Source: Trichoplax adhaerens (Eukaryota > Animalia > Placozoa). Taken from it: a stretch of 64,000 nucleotides of DNA. The notes under the pieces are model-generated. The model did no database searches, had not been told where the DNA came from, and saw only the letters and a program-made list of their open reading frames with translations. The number at the start of each line of letters is the position of its first letter. The first letter of the stretch is position 1. Shown here in pieces: positions 27,456-42,400 of the stretch. Location of the stretch: assembly GCF_000150275.1 (NCBI RefSeq), contig NW_002060945.1:3371172-3435171 (forward strand). The letters are read 5' to 3'. A program made the position numbers and the translations under genes.

Positions 27456-30400
27456 TAACAAGGAGTGATTTTCCTTTTGCAAAAGAGTATGAAAATATCG
27501 ATGGCTTGATCGCTTGCAACGCTATGTATAGTCAAAAATTGGAAATAATATTGATAATCCAACCAAAGTAGTGATAATCCTAATGGCTTGTTTTCGATGA
27601 GTACCAATTAACAGTAACTACCTTGCTATCAATGATTCAATCTTGGATTGAAATAATTTAAGCGCTCTCGTCGTAGTTTAGTAGTTTTGCTGTAGTTCAA
27701 ATTAAGCGCTGATCAACGTTAATTGGAATAATGGATCATCAAACGTGATGACTCTAGCATTTATAAACTAGCACGTTTTCTTTTCTACCAATAAGTCGAT
27801 ATCAAAGAATTAAATTATTCTTAGCTACGCCTTTATAGACGATATACGTACAGTTATAAGATACCTATGTCTAAATAGGATTGATTGACGTAAGAATCAT
27901 TGACTAAAATGGAGAAACAATAGTATAATCTATTGTTTCTACACTATAACGTAAATGTCAAAAGAATTTTAACTGTAATTTAACCATCTAACTTATGGTG
28001 ATATTGTCATCTACTAAACCCGTTGGACAAAATAAGACACCCGCCGTTATCATGGATTGTCTATCAATACTATTTAAAAAAAAAAGTGGACAATATCACT
28101 GCGAAAAATGGCTAAATTAGATTGTTATCCCCCGTATTGGATAGTAGATGATTTCTTGATCTTTTGGAATCTCAAAAAAGAAATTCTCTTTTAGACATAA
28201 ATGCAACAGTACTGTATACTTATGCACATTGTAATGATGTAAAATGATATTCTAAGCAAGTATATTGATATTTTCAATTCGATTGATCCGATGACATTGA
28301 ACGAACCAATTGGCCAATCTTTTCTTTATAGTATATTTTTCAATTTCTAACGCTGTCATTTTACTACTTGATGAAGTAACTGTAATGGAATCTCAACAGT
28401 TATTGATTAAAAATATAAAACCAACAGATCATATAAAAGATTAAGTTAATAGCTGATCTAGAGGAGTTTTAACACTGTACATAACATACATTACATTGCC
28501 ATGTGTAAACTAGGAAAATGAAACATTAGTCTGCATAAATGATCTTAATAAAACTCTCTTCCAGTGCTGCACAAGATTACCGAATCTGATTTCACTGACC
28601 ACTTTAGTGGTGTCTTCAAGTAGTAAAGGATTAAACTCTTGGAGCGTTGAGGGGGAAATAGTCTAAGCTATCCTATAAATATTGATTAATATTGGTTATT
28701 CTCTTTAATTTCATTCGCTCGTTATTCCTTTTTTTTTCAATCAGACTATTTAAACATTGGAAGGCAAATTATCTTAGACCTTAAACCTTTTACTATACTC
28801 AAGAATGATAATATTGCATTCATAAACCATAGTTTTATTTTATACTCTTATCACGTCATCAAATAATAATCTTCTATTCCACAACCATATTTTAAGGACT
28901 AAATTGTCAATATGAGACAACTTGTGTATGCTGGTTTATTCGGCTGATTAGTCGTATCGTTTCACCATCTTACCATTATTATTGTTGTCATCACGGTAGG
29001 AGAAAAGGTAAGTTTACCTTTACTCTTTGTTATGGTAAACGCAACTATGATATTTTAGTAGTATGTTGTCATGAAGACGAACACCAACTTGCGTCAATAA
29101 CGCTTTCAGAAACTACCTTCGACAAACGATAACACCATGATAGCGATATTATCAATGGATAACTCTATTGAAATAATGCCTGTTTTATGCCTACGTCATC
29201 TCAATTGGGATAGGGGAGCAATGGAGCTAATTATCTGTTGGGTACATAATGCAATTCATAATGGAGTGAAAATAGATACTGGCAATCTCTAAAGCGATAG
29301 TATTATTCAAATGGCTATTGAGAATTTTCATTTGACGTAGACGACGCTTAATTATTGTAGTTGGATCATTTTTAGCCTAGTCAACAAGGTCAAGTTTAGA
29401 TAAATTAAACAGGTATTGTTCTTGTTATCGACTCGGGAAACAGTAAACTTGTTTATCCGATATTATTATTAGGCAGGTTAATTTCTATTATTGTAACCTT
29501 GATCAGCTAATCTTTCAATTTTACGCTCTGGAAACCATTCCATTAATGTATCTCTACTAAACTTTAGTCATAACTATCTCATTCATCACCGGGATAATGA
29601 GGTTGATTTCTGTTACCAATGAGATTCTACAACCTAAACTTACATGACGAAACTTAAACCAGGTAATTTAAATTTCTTCCGCCGATATATAATTGTATCC
29701 TAGAGTGTATCTTCTACTCCGAAATACTGCTATAACTTTCTCAAAGGATGAATACTCACGATTTCCATTAATTTCCTTTAACCGTCTATTCTATGATACA
29801 TTACGCGTACGCTTATTACTATAAAAGTGAACAAGCGCGAAGGTATTGGGCAACATGCAATATCATTATTGATCTAATTCAAGTGCAACTGTAATGTAAA
29901 AGTTAAATGAACCAAGAGGGAAGCTTCTGAATACTATGACCTCATTTTATTAGACAGCGTAGGTCACGAATACCATATAATATTTCGCTCAATTTAATTT
30001 AATATCGTCATCTTAATTAAAGAATTAAAACAGTGACTTAAATGAATAAAAATTCGTCTTTACCAGTTACGTATTGTTATGTTTAGAGTAAAAATGAACA
30101 AGTTTGACATATATAGTACTAAAAATTAGGAAAAAATATTCACTATACGTAATAAAGTATTTATAGATGTTGCGTAAATTTCAGACTCCTTATACGGTAT
30201 TGATCGTAAGCTCAAATTTTAACCTCTTTACTCGTTACTTACCCAACTTTGATTAATGAAGATTGATGCCTTAATGAGGGTTAATTACAATGTGAGGGAA
30301 TAATTACAACAACTAAATCGTTTTTGGACAAGCTTATTTCTAAAAATAATTACAAGTCATTATGGATGTATATTTAGACTTATTTTATATGGTAGGTGGG

Positions 30401-31234
30401 AAATACAATATAGAATTATTAATTACTAATAGCTTTACTAGCGTGTATTTGTAATATTTCAAGTTTTACTTTTTGTATTACTGGGCATATCATAGGTGAG
30501 AAAATGCAATTCATTGTAAAAGCAGCTTATATTGTAAACTCACCAGTGGATAGTGCAAGTTTTAAATCGGTTTAAAAGTTCGTCTGTACCATCAATGTTG
30601 CGTATATCTAGGTTTTAAAGGATACTAAAGCTCAATAATAAACATTAAATAGTAGTAATATCCAGTATAGTAAAGAAAAATGTCATGAACTCGACAGTTA
30701 GGCAACTTTACGTAAATAATTGGTACGGCAGTCTATCTTAGCATGCAGTCTACTTTATGAAATTTCTAGCTCTTAAGTGACGTGTATATTTATTATGTTG
30801 CTAGTAAAAATAGGCCAAGATTCACGTAATTTCCTTCCAGTGCCTCAGCATAAATAGTGATGGTATTCCATTGCACTTTTACCTATGTATAATGAAATAC
30901 TGGTCAGAATATTTATCAGCTCTCGGTTATACCGTGCTTGTAATCATTATTAATTAATACGTGCGGTACTAATTGGTTCGCTATCGTACTTTTTGCTGAT
31001 TTAGTTCCCTAAAAGCTAAAAGTATAGTGTGCTTTGACAAGTAGACGAATCTTGCTCATATAGTAGCAAGGGGTAACATCACATGATATACCACAGTTTC
31101 TGGTGTATGAAAATGTCGGGAATATTTTATTTATAGCAATAGAAACATCATAAAGAAATGCTTAACCAGAAATGATGCTCCTTGAATACAAAGACCTAAA
31201 AAGTGAACGCTTGCTATTGCTACCATTACTGTAA

Positions 31235-32240
31235 ACTGCGAGTATTTCTTAGCTGTGCATCTTGTAATAAACTACCTATCCAAGTATTATTTACTATATT
31301 TCGTAAAAGGTAAAGTAAGAGAGCGTTGTACAAATATACGAATGTAATGATATAAAATGTAAAATTAATATACATTTGCCGTTACAACCATGAATTTATG
31401 AGTACTTTTTACCCTACATCGTGTACTGTACCTGCCTACAGCGCAAAGCGAAGGAGTGCTAGACAAGTACCGTATTAAAATACAGTGACATAAATAACCA
31501 AATTAATACGCTCACATTATTGCAGTAAGAAATACAAGTATTTCTCAGTTGTATATCTTATGGGCAACTAGCTATAATAGTCCTAATTTACTCTAATTCA
31601 ATTCCTAAAAGGCAAAGGTAGACTATGCTTGATTTGTACACGAATCTTTGGATATAAAAAGTGAGATGGATATACATTTGAGTTGCACCTATGAATCAGC
31701 AAGTATTTCTTAGCCACCTATCTTTTAGTCATCTGCCTATAGAACCATCTATTTACTGTAATTGACTCCTGAAGTGCTAAGCTATGGAGTAATTGCTAAT
31801 GTAAAACATAATTACGTAAATAGCTCAATTGATGTGATTGTTGCAACAATAGTCTCTAGTATTTCTCAGCTATGTATCCGTAGTTAACTAGTTCTAATAG
31901 TATTTATTTATTTACTTAATTCAAGAGGTAAAGCTATACGATGCTAAACGAGTATCAGAATACAAAAACATAAAAAAGCGAAATAATAATATCCTTATTA
32001 TTGCAATCGTGAATTTGCTAGCATTTCTTATTAGCCATGTATCTTATAGTTACCTACACTATAGCAGTTTGTTTATATTTGTTGTAATTTAACCCCTGAA
32101 GTGCAAAACTAGGGAGAGCTTAACAAGTATTAGAATACAATGACATCAATGGTGAAATTAATAGTCATCTTTCGCAGTATTTCGTATTCAATTCGATCCC
32201 CTAAAGCATCAAACTAGAGAGTACTGGACAACTATACGAA
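31235..32240. repeat. Highly degenerate ~155-160 bp tandem repeat (~6 units)
   Basis: Anchor AGTATTTCT(T/C)AG....(T/C)ATCTT at ~31240, 31400, 31537, 31701, 31858 and 32019, followed by similar TACCTAT..TATTTACT and AAAG..AAAG blocks. Confidence 0.65.
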
Positions 32241-33448
32241 TGCTTCTGAAAAGGAAATATATTATATAATTATCCATATTGATATGGCAGTAGCTTCTTA
32301 TACAGATGCAAAATCTAGAACTTGATTACTCTAATTCATGTATAAAGACCAATCTATAACTATAAACTAGCTATAATTAATAAGTCAAAGATGCTCGCTA
32401 AATACTCGTATATCTAAATACCCTCCCCTCCCCAAAAAAGATTATAAAATTAATCTTCACTTCCTGCCATCCTTCATTTAGCGCCATTTTATTTCTGTTA
32501 TCTTGCATCTTATCATTCTTAATGATCAAGCTTAAAAGGTAAACAATGCCGCAATCGATCGGTATTAATAAATAGCAAACAGTTATTTCCTAGTAAAAAA
32601 ATTATAATAACATCTATTGATCAAGTCATCATTGTTATTATTATTATTGACACAAGATCGGAGTCTTCAATGTTGTTCAGCATGGTTATATTAATTATTT
32701 GAACGTCTAGGATGAACTACCAGTATAGATACATACATGAGCACCTTAGTAAACACTTCTACTACATAGATTTATTAATGCCTATCTGAGCATCATTAGT
32801 TCATGTTTAAATACTGTAAGAAAAACAATTTAATTAGAATACCATTAACCAATATAACAGTTCAACAAGATCAAATCAAGTGAGAGTATTTATTTATACA
32901 GTCCGCGATCGACTTGGATTACGATCAAATCCATTGCTTTTATTGAAGAATATTTAAAACTCTGCTGTATCCATAAGATAAAATCAATTGCCACAATTAT
33001 ATTTAGTTTCTTGATCTATACAAGTACAGAAGTTGTAGCTTTTCTCTTCTATCCCTTACTATTAGTCAGAACTGTGGTATAGAATATAAAATAATAGAAA
33101 GCAAATTTTTAATTACTCCTCCATATTATCATCATTGTAGGTAATTGAACAATGTTAATGACATTGTTATGGCGACGTTATCAAAGATTTTAGCCACATC
33201 CCACTAACTTTGGCAATAGCTTCTGCTAACTACTGGCATAATGATCATAACAATTGATCATGTGAATTAATGAACTGATATAGAAGAAGGCCTATGCTCG
33301 TGAATAGTAATCATTTTGAAAAGAGGTCTTAAGGCTGTCAACGAAGAAAAATTCAGTAACGCTGTTTTTTAAGAAATGCAGAATAGAATTAAACCTTCAA
33401 AAATTGTATAATAATTTTAGCTCAAGTTGAGGAAAAATAGCCACCAAG

Positions 33449-36400
33449 ATGTCGTACTTTACATCTACTGATGAGTCGGACATGGAAAGTCAGGGATCTG
33501 ACTATTCCTTTTCCAAACGCCATCGTAAAGGTCGAAAGTATGGACAAGTTATTGATTGTAAGTGTCTTGCATATTTTCTCCTTAAATCAATAAGCAATTT
33601 TTACAGAACGTGGCATGATATCATGATGGATGAAGGAATGAATTATCCATCCAATCTTTCCACATCAATAGTTTTAAAATCGCACTTACCAGGCAATCAT
33701 CATGCTATCGTTAAAATTATTCCATTTCTTTCATCTCAACTATCGCTACTTGACATTATGCATATGCTACAACAAATTGGGCTTGGTTATTAAAATCAGC
33801 CCTTTTATTGCAGCGATATCTTTGCACTGTATACTATCTTTTCATAATAATAAGATAAAACTGTAATTAAAATCCGACAGTGACGATGTAATCTTATCTA
33901 GTGATCATTTGCATTACTTTTCTTTTCCTTCATTACTGTAATCAAGGTTATTGGGATATCAACATGCATTCGACAATCACTGATGACTGTATTTTTTAAC
34001 ATTTATTTTTAGCTGATGCAACCAACGCTAACGACATTTTAAACATTTTACGCTCTAGAATTGCCTTTCTATCAGGTAAAATAGCGTTATAACTCAATGA
34101 GCATAGACACATAGGTTCTATTTGATTCCTTCACCTTTTATTGAATTAGTATATTTTATGATGGATTACTTTAGCTAAATTTTTAGTCAAATAAGTAATG
34201 ATATTATCGTTCATCGATGAAAGACATGTAAAAATATAGGCAGTGGAGTATAAAGAGTTGATTACATAGAATGTAGAAAATGAAATAAGCGACGTAATAA
34301 AGTTTATTTAATATGATAAAAGAAGTAACCAGAAAGTTAATCAGCGATAATATTATAGGATACCAATACTAATCGATTATTGTTGTCAACTTGATCTATT
34401 GGATTGCATTGACTATGATGGCAAAACTATACGGTTAAATTATCTCAGTAAAATGATCAGTATAAAATGACCGGTAGTAGAGCTAGTAAAATCATTCTTA
34501 TCATGATGCTATCTGTTCAAGAATAAATTTAAATTATTGTAGGAGGAGTTGACAAACGAGGTGGACCAGTTATAACCTTTCCAGCGCAAGCAAGAACGCA
34601 GCAGGAGATCTCTATTACCGAATTAACATCAACTATTTTATATCTATCTAAAATTCCAAGGTTAGATAATGATTATTGATGATTGCGTTTTACTTATTGT
34701 CAACAAAGTTAGTGTAAAGAGAGGTAGAAATAGGCTTGTTGTTGTTTGACTCTTTTATTCACTGTCTCAAAAGTCAAAAGCACTTTGATGGTCTGTTTTC
34801 CTACACTATTCTCATTCTTAAAACTTGAATGTGTCAACATTTCAGCATGATCGATCATCCAACCCTACTATAGTTTACCATCTAAGCATATAGGTTATTG
34901 AATGATAAATAACATTACAACGTTTATTGTATCCATTCTTTGGATAGTCCTTCTATCTGAGGCACTTATCATCCCTTCAGCCGTTTAAAGTCAACATCGA
35001 CATCTTAAAATACATTACTCTGTCCCCTCTCTATGCCTAATGAAATGGAGAAATAGTCTTTTATGTTTTCGAGTGGTAGATTAGTATTGATGTGATGCCA
35101 ATACAAGTTAGTATTGAACTTTTAATAAATTGAGTTATCCATTAGGTTGTTTTCTATTAATTCAATTCATTCCTATATACTGTTAAATTCTATTAAACAT
35201 TAACTCGTAAATTGGATGCATTTCCTTACTCTATATTTAATCTATTTTTCAAATTAGTATTTTTACATCCTTAAACTCTATTAAATATCAACTAGTGACT
35301 AGCAATTTTATTCCTACGAATCAACTGTTACGCCCTTAAACTCTGCTAAGAATCAGCCGGTGACATAAAACTTTAATTATATGATTCACTCTTGCGTTCC
35401 TTAAATTTTCAGCTATCAACTAATCAATTAGTGAAGTTGAATCATGCTATTGGTATGATTTATTATATCCTTAAATTCTGTTTAAAGTCAGTGAAATTGA
35501 ATCTTGTTATTCTCGTAATTTATTCTTTCGAGTATATCGTTAGACTTTGTTTAAAATCAACTAGTGAGATTAATTTTATTCATAAAATTCACTCTTACGT
35601 TCGTTAAGCCCCTAGCTATCAACTCATCAACCAGTGAAATTGCACCTTACTATTCATATAATTTATGCTTCAATCCTTAAATTCTCTTAATAGTTATTTA
35701 GTGAAATAGGGTCTTGTTATTCACATAATTTATTCTAAGGACTATATCGTTAGACTTTGTGAAAAATTAGTTAGTGAAATCAAATTTTATTTGTATGATT
35801 CACTCTTATATAAATCAGAGAGCGAGATTGAATCTTATTTATTTGATTCGTTCTGTATCCTTAAACTCTACGAAAAATCAACTGGTGATATTTAATTTTT
35901 GTATTCATTTACACTTACATCCTTAAACTCTATTCAAATAAGGTAGTAAAAACTGAATCTGACTCGTTATTTTAATTCTTTTCTACGTACATTCTACTTG
36001 CGGTTGATAACGCCAAGTAGCCTATTTTCCTTAAAATTGGTTAAAATATTAAAGATATATTAAGCTTTTATAATGTCATAAAACAATCATAATTTAATAC
36101 AGTAACAAACATTAAATATTCTAATATGTAATATTTAATCAGTTATTATCGTAAGTTTACATTATTATTTCTATTTTAGTGACGATTCAAGGCGTCATGG
36201 ATTTACAGTCATTATTGATGTACGTGGTAGAACAAGCAAGTTATTAAAGCCTATCCTTCGATCCTTACAGGTATTGATTAATTTACGAATACATTTCGAT
36301 AACACGCTCCGTATCCATCTTTGTTGAATTAAATTCATTCTTCTAGACCCTAACAATATTGTAATACTATCAAACATATAGTAGCAATAAGTTTGATTTA

Positions 36401-39400
36401 ATGGCATTCCAATTTTATTGAGCATAATTATATGGCTCGATATAGGGTATTAATTTATTTTGAGGATTGTCATACTTGACTATTTACATTTTTAACTTTA
36501 AAACAAAATCTTTAAAGATGACCTAAACGGTGTCTAAGCTATTTTATATAGCCAATTTATAGATGTCTGATTTCAAATAAGGCCATAAAATACTCTAAAC
36601 AAACTTGAGTTAATAGACAATACCGTAAGATAGTTCTACAATAATAGATGCTCTAGCTTAGATTAATGTTTCGCTTTAATAATACATAGATTTCATGTCC
36701 TACTTTAAATATTAACTCATGATAGAATAGCTATAGTTTTAATTTAATACACTACTATTGCGGATTCATTCTATTGAGTTCCTACTTGCATGCCAAACTA
36801 TAGTATACATCAATCAATAGAGCTACTAACAAGCATTTGTTTCATCGTCGATTTAGTAACGTAATATTAGGAATTATTTCTTTATTAAAAAGAACACCAA
36901 TAGAAATTGTATTCCTCTAACTAGCAGTAAAATGTTACTAACCTAAGAGAATTTATTCATCTTTTATTAGTATACATTAATATTTACTAGACATAAATCG
37001 AATTACAACGATTAAAAAGAGTTTCTGATGATGTAGCAGTTATTACTACTTATACTGCTACTCAATCTGAGCAATTTATGGACAAGAAAATTGCTATTCA
37101 GCCCTCCCATAATCAGAGTCAAAATTAGCAAGGTCTCTAAGATACAACTGAGCCATCGAATAGAATACATTAGTGATTAGCATCAATAAGCTTTGCGATG
37201 TGAATTACACTATCAACTAAAAGAGTTGATATTTAGTTTTATATAAATATAGAAATAATAAATGTTACAGCGACGATAGTAATTCGTCTTAACAAGCATC
37301 TGATCTCATAAAATATTTGCATCCATTTTTTGAAGGATATTTAATTTTGCATAAATACATTAATAATAAATGTTAGGGCGACGGTAATAATTTATGTTGA
37401 CAATCCTCTATTTTCAAAAACATTCGCGTTATTCCTTAATTTATATTTAATGATACCTTGTATTAGTTTACCGATAGTCGCAATAACAAAGTAATATTAG
37501 TTGCGATTGGCAGGAAATCATTTTATCGTATAGCTAATGCCTTAACTGAACTGATTATGTAGACGAGAGTTTTTTTAATTAATATAGAAATGTTGTGCAA
37601 AAGTCATTAATAGACCATAAATGTAAAAAAGAGACTGATGTAAATGCTGAAAAATACAATTATTTTATATGATTACTTGAAAGTGTATATGTCATACAAG
37701 TATGAACATCTGCAGATATGAATACGAATTATGCATTTGAGCCCACTGCTGTGGTATACTAATGTTGAATAGGCAGCCATTAATGTACAATATCAGTAAG
37801 AATTTTATTGCTCTAATGGAGTACTTACTACATATTTCAAAATTGTACCAAGAGAGCTGTGACAGATAAAGTTGTTTACCCTTTCATGATATTAACAACT
37901 ATTTTAGACAAGATTTAATGATCGCTTGGACGTTAAAATAGTCTATTGATTGCTCCTTGAACAGAGGTGCTTCTATCGCTTGAATATTTGTAGTTGTAAG
38001 ACTAGGATTGAATTTTCGGTATTATAGGCAATAATGATTTACAAGTTCGAATTCCAAACGTAGAATTTAAACGTATGCTAGTCTATCAATCCTGATAATA
38101 ATGATAATAACTATTTGGTGTCTGTAGAAGAATTGAGAATTAAGCCATAGCATCTATAACCGCCCTTTTAGCCGAAAAGAAAAATACCGATCTTCATCTT
38201 GTTCAATTTAGTCCATTCTATGATATCATTGCTAGACGGCATTGAATCAACGAAATCAAAATAGTGACTCTATGATGATAATAGAGTTTATGTTTATGCT
38301 TGGAAAAAATCGATTTTAAGGTCAATGAAAGACACCTACTGTGCTATTATGGTCATGTCTACTCTGTAGTATTTTAGTGATCCTGAAATAAATACTAGCA
38401 ATCTCCATTTTCATTCTGGTAATCCTCATGAATAGAACAAGGTATCAGCCAAGATAAATACTATTTTCTACTCTGCGATTGTTCAATAACTTATTAGGAT
38501 GTATAAAGACTTCATTAGCCAATTTGAGTATAGTTTATTCCCATGATATCATTGCAGTAATAATCAGTTTACTTAAGAGAATAATTTTACCGATCAGTTT
38601 TAAGCCAATATTCAAATTGATAATTTAGGAAAGTACCTTCTTCGAAAATATTATCCATTAAGCACGCAGGACTCCATCTCGTCTTAATTTAACATTCTCA
38701 TCAGTAAATAATAAACGACATAGAATGATACGTTAAGGAAGTAGTTTTTCGAAGATATCATCCATTAAAGACGGAGAAACTTCACCTTATCTCAAGCTTT
38801 ACATCCTCATTAGTAAATAATAAATTATATCAATGGTAATACTTTAGGAAAGTAGTTTCTCCGAAGATATTATCGTTTAAATACGGATGCTCTATATCTC
38901 ATCTTAACTTTGTATTGACATAAAGAAATAATAAGCTACATGTATTATGATACTTCAAGACGCATTGCTTTGCGAATATCATAAATTATAAGCATCATGA
39001 TGATAGTCCTTGAGCCATTCCTTGCATTATATAATATCACCATTGAACTTAAACACGGGGGCATACTATCTTGTCTTAACTTTACATTCTCATGAGCAAA
39101 TAATAAGCTATATGTAGCAAGAAAAAAGTCTATGAAGAATATTATCCATTCAGTACCTAAGCACTCCATCTCATCTTTATGTTACGTTGACATAAGCAAA
39201 TAATAAAGTATATCAACCATGATACTCCAAACTTATTCTTTAAGAATATCATAAACTCCATGTATCATGATATTCCATGAGTCATTTTTTGCACAATCCT
39301 TTCATTCTATAATCCTCTTCCTATTAAAAGCGAGAATCAGGCCATGCATGGATACTTTTGTTTCTGTCTGATTCATCACGTCTTTCTAATATAATTTTAA

Positions 39401-42400
39401 AATGGACAAGATACCATTGAGTGTAGAGTAATTATTACTTTACTAGAGTAGATTACCATGACATCGCCACATGCATGTTAATAGTATTGTTTTAGCATGA
39501 CAATAACCACCTGTCATATTATTCGTTAAGTAATTCTTCTTATTTGCACCCCTGCTAAGGCTTGTTTGGTTGGCCAAGTCTATATGGTTTGTGTTATACG
39601 CCCGGATTCATTTGTTGAACGCCAGAAATCCAACGTAAAAGTTAAAGATAAATCGTTATCCTTTGAGGTAAGTGGAAAAAAAAAAAACAGAGACGAGATT
39701 GAACTTGATCATAGCTGATTTGAAAGGGATGATGATACGATCAATTTTTTTTATCGATCCGTCAAAATGATTGAGAAAGGAGGAAAGCCATCCTATCCTA
39801 TACGATGGATCTAGATCTATTTAAGTGATAAATTGCCGTCAATCTCCTGAATTAAAAGCATTCTATCGATCAGTCAATTTTAAATTTAAAATAGGATTGT
39901 TTGCTTTATTTAATCATTAGCTTACATTACTGTCGCTTCTATAGTATCTCTAGTTATTACAACCTATATCCGGTATTATGGCCATTTCTGACTCTCGTTT
40001 TATAGATGCCTCTATAATATCCTATCACTAGTTCTTGGTTGAAAATTTGAAATTACAAATATTTGCTTGATTAGTGAACATTACCGTAGAGGATTAAAAA
40101 TATAGCGATGAATCTTTCGTCGAAAATTGAAAGTAGGACTGTTTGATTTATTCAATCGTGAGTCTACATGATAGTAGAGTATCTGCAACCTTTACAATAT
40201 CCATCAACTATCATCCCCTTTTCTGACTGCTTTTGATAGATGGCCCTATCTTACAATTACTATTCCATAGGACGATGAATCTGTCGTCGGAAATTTAAAA
40301 TAGGATTGTTTTGCTTTAATTAATCGTGAGCTTATAGGATTGTAGAGAGTTGCTGTAACCTTTAGAATATTCATCGAATATCTATCAGTAGCATCACTTT
40401 TTCTAACTGCTTTAATGGATGTCTCTATTTTACCAAACTATTCAATAGGAGGGTAAATCCTTCGTCGAAAATTTAAAGTAGGCTTGTTTACTTTATCAAT
40501 TAAAGCATGAGCTAACATGATTGTAGATTACCTATAGCCTTTACAATATCCATCGAGTATCATCGCCTTTTCTGACTACCTTTTGATGGACGACGAGTCT
40601 CTCGCTATGAATCCTTTGTCGTCCATCTCGTCTAAAAACGAAGATAGTTCATCATTGAAACTTACCCTATTACAGAAGTACAAAATTGTAGCCTAGAAAC
40701 AATCAATCATGATGAATCTTGGCTTATTCAATTTTATCATTTTTACGCGTATTTATTTCAAGTCGAATAATGCTTCATTTTGAATCTAGGCTCACGCAAC
40801 TTATCCTTTTACGCATCTAATTTTTTATTTCAAATTCAATAATCAATCGTTTTGGATGTTGGCTCATTCAACTTTTTTATACATACTATTTATTTTAAAT
40901 GGAATAATCAATCGTTTTAAACCTTAGCTCATTTAACTTTTGAAGAGTCCTACTTCAAATTCAATAATTATACACGTAATCAATCGTTTCGAGTCTTAAC
41001 ACATTCTACTTTCTTCAGCATCTTATTAATTTCAAATCTAATAATAATAATAATAACTATAATCAATATCTCGTATAATCAATCGTTTTAAATCTTAACT
41101 TATTAAATATTTTTTACGCATCCCATTTATTTCAGATCCAATTTGTTTTAACCTATTCATCTTTATGCATTTCACTTTATTTAAAATTGCCCTTGGTTTA
41201 AAATTGAAAAACAATCATCCGTTTCCATAGGATAGGAAGGATAGATTGAGAAGGATGAGTTGCTACTGTATCGTAAGAAAAATGTAAAATTGTGCTAAAG
41301 ACGGCACTGGAAAGCACTGAAATGAGTAACATGAATCCAATAGAAAGCTAATTTTCTTTCATGCAAAATAGGCTAGTATACAATAAAGTTGAGATTGATC
41401 TTTTAATTAATGGCTGAAATGAATGTACAAACAGTGAAGACCGTTAAACTAATTGTGAACGGTCAAATTGACGGCGATCAGTGCTGATGCTGACCGTCTT
41501 CAAATCATGATAATCCTTGAAGTTGCGTATCTCTTCTTTCAATGACCGCCTTTACTTTCCTGTTGTGATAATGATAAGGCAGAAAACAGTGTTAAATTAA
41601 ATCCATTCCCTAAGAGACAAGAGAAATGACATGATGAAATGGATCATCGACTGCCGCGTGCTGTTTATTATTTATTTACAACCTATGCTAGCGTAGTAAG
41701 TACGGGCCCACCCAGCAAGCTTCTATCTCGAGTTTACAAGATGGCTACTTTTAAACAGCCATCGCTAGCAGCCATCATCGCTATCCTTTTTGTATTAAAG
41801 CGAAATAAAATCATCAACATGTTGATGGTTGGCTTGGATAACATTGATTCTACTCTTGTCCTACCATTTGGTCAAGTTCATTTGCATTTTTCTCCTTTTT
41901 TCCTCCCAATATTGGCACAAGTAATTCTTCCTTTTCCTTAGTAAATTCTTTTTATTTTTACCCTTATATTGTTAAATATAATACAAAAATAACGCTGTCC
42001 ATAGTAAGAGAACATACCCATTTCATCACGTTTTACAATTCATTGACTAACTAACGCTAAATATGTTTGTCTTTCTAAGTAAGCAGTTGAAAAATAACAA
42101 AACAGAACGGACAAACAAAATCCTATTAGCACTACAATGCTTTTTTTTCAAACGTGAAAGGCATAATAGCACCCGTAGAAGCAAATTCAATGATTCAAAG
42201 TGATAGAAGAGTCCTATATTGCATCCCACACTTGACATTATTATGTAGAACACGACAATCCTTTCCTCCTTCTTATTCTGCTTTTCTTGGAATTATTCAA
42301 CAGTATCAATTTTCGTGGATATTTTTTCTTCTTCCAGTCATTTTTTTAACCTTGTTCTTTCCTTGCGTCCGTGATTCTATTGAAATTCTATAATTGTGTG

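Noticed and set aside
41639-42393. ORFs of 68-100 aa in intron 5 suggesting a nested gene
   Set aside because: Composition is biased by pyrimidine/purine tracts, with no motifs and no consistent splice chain on either strand.
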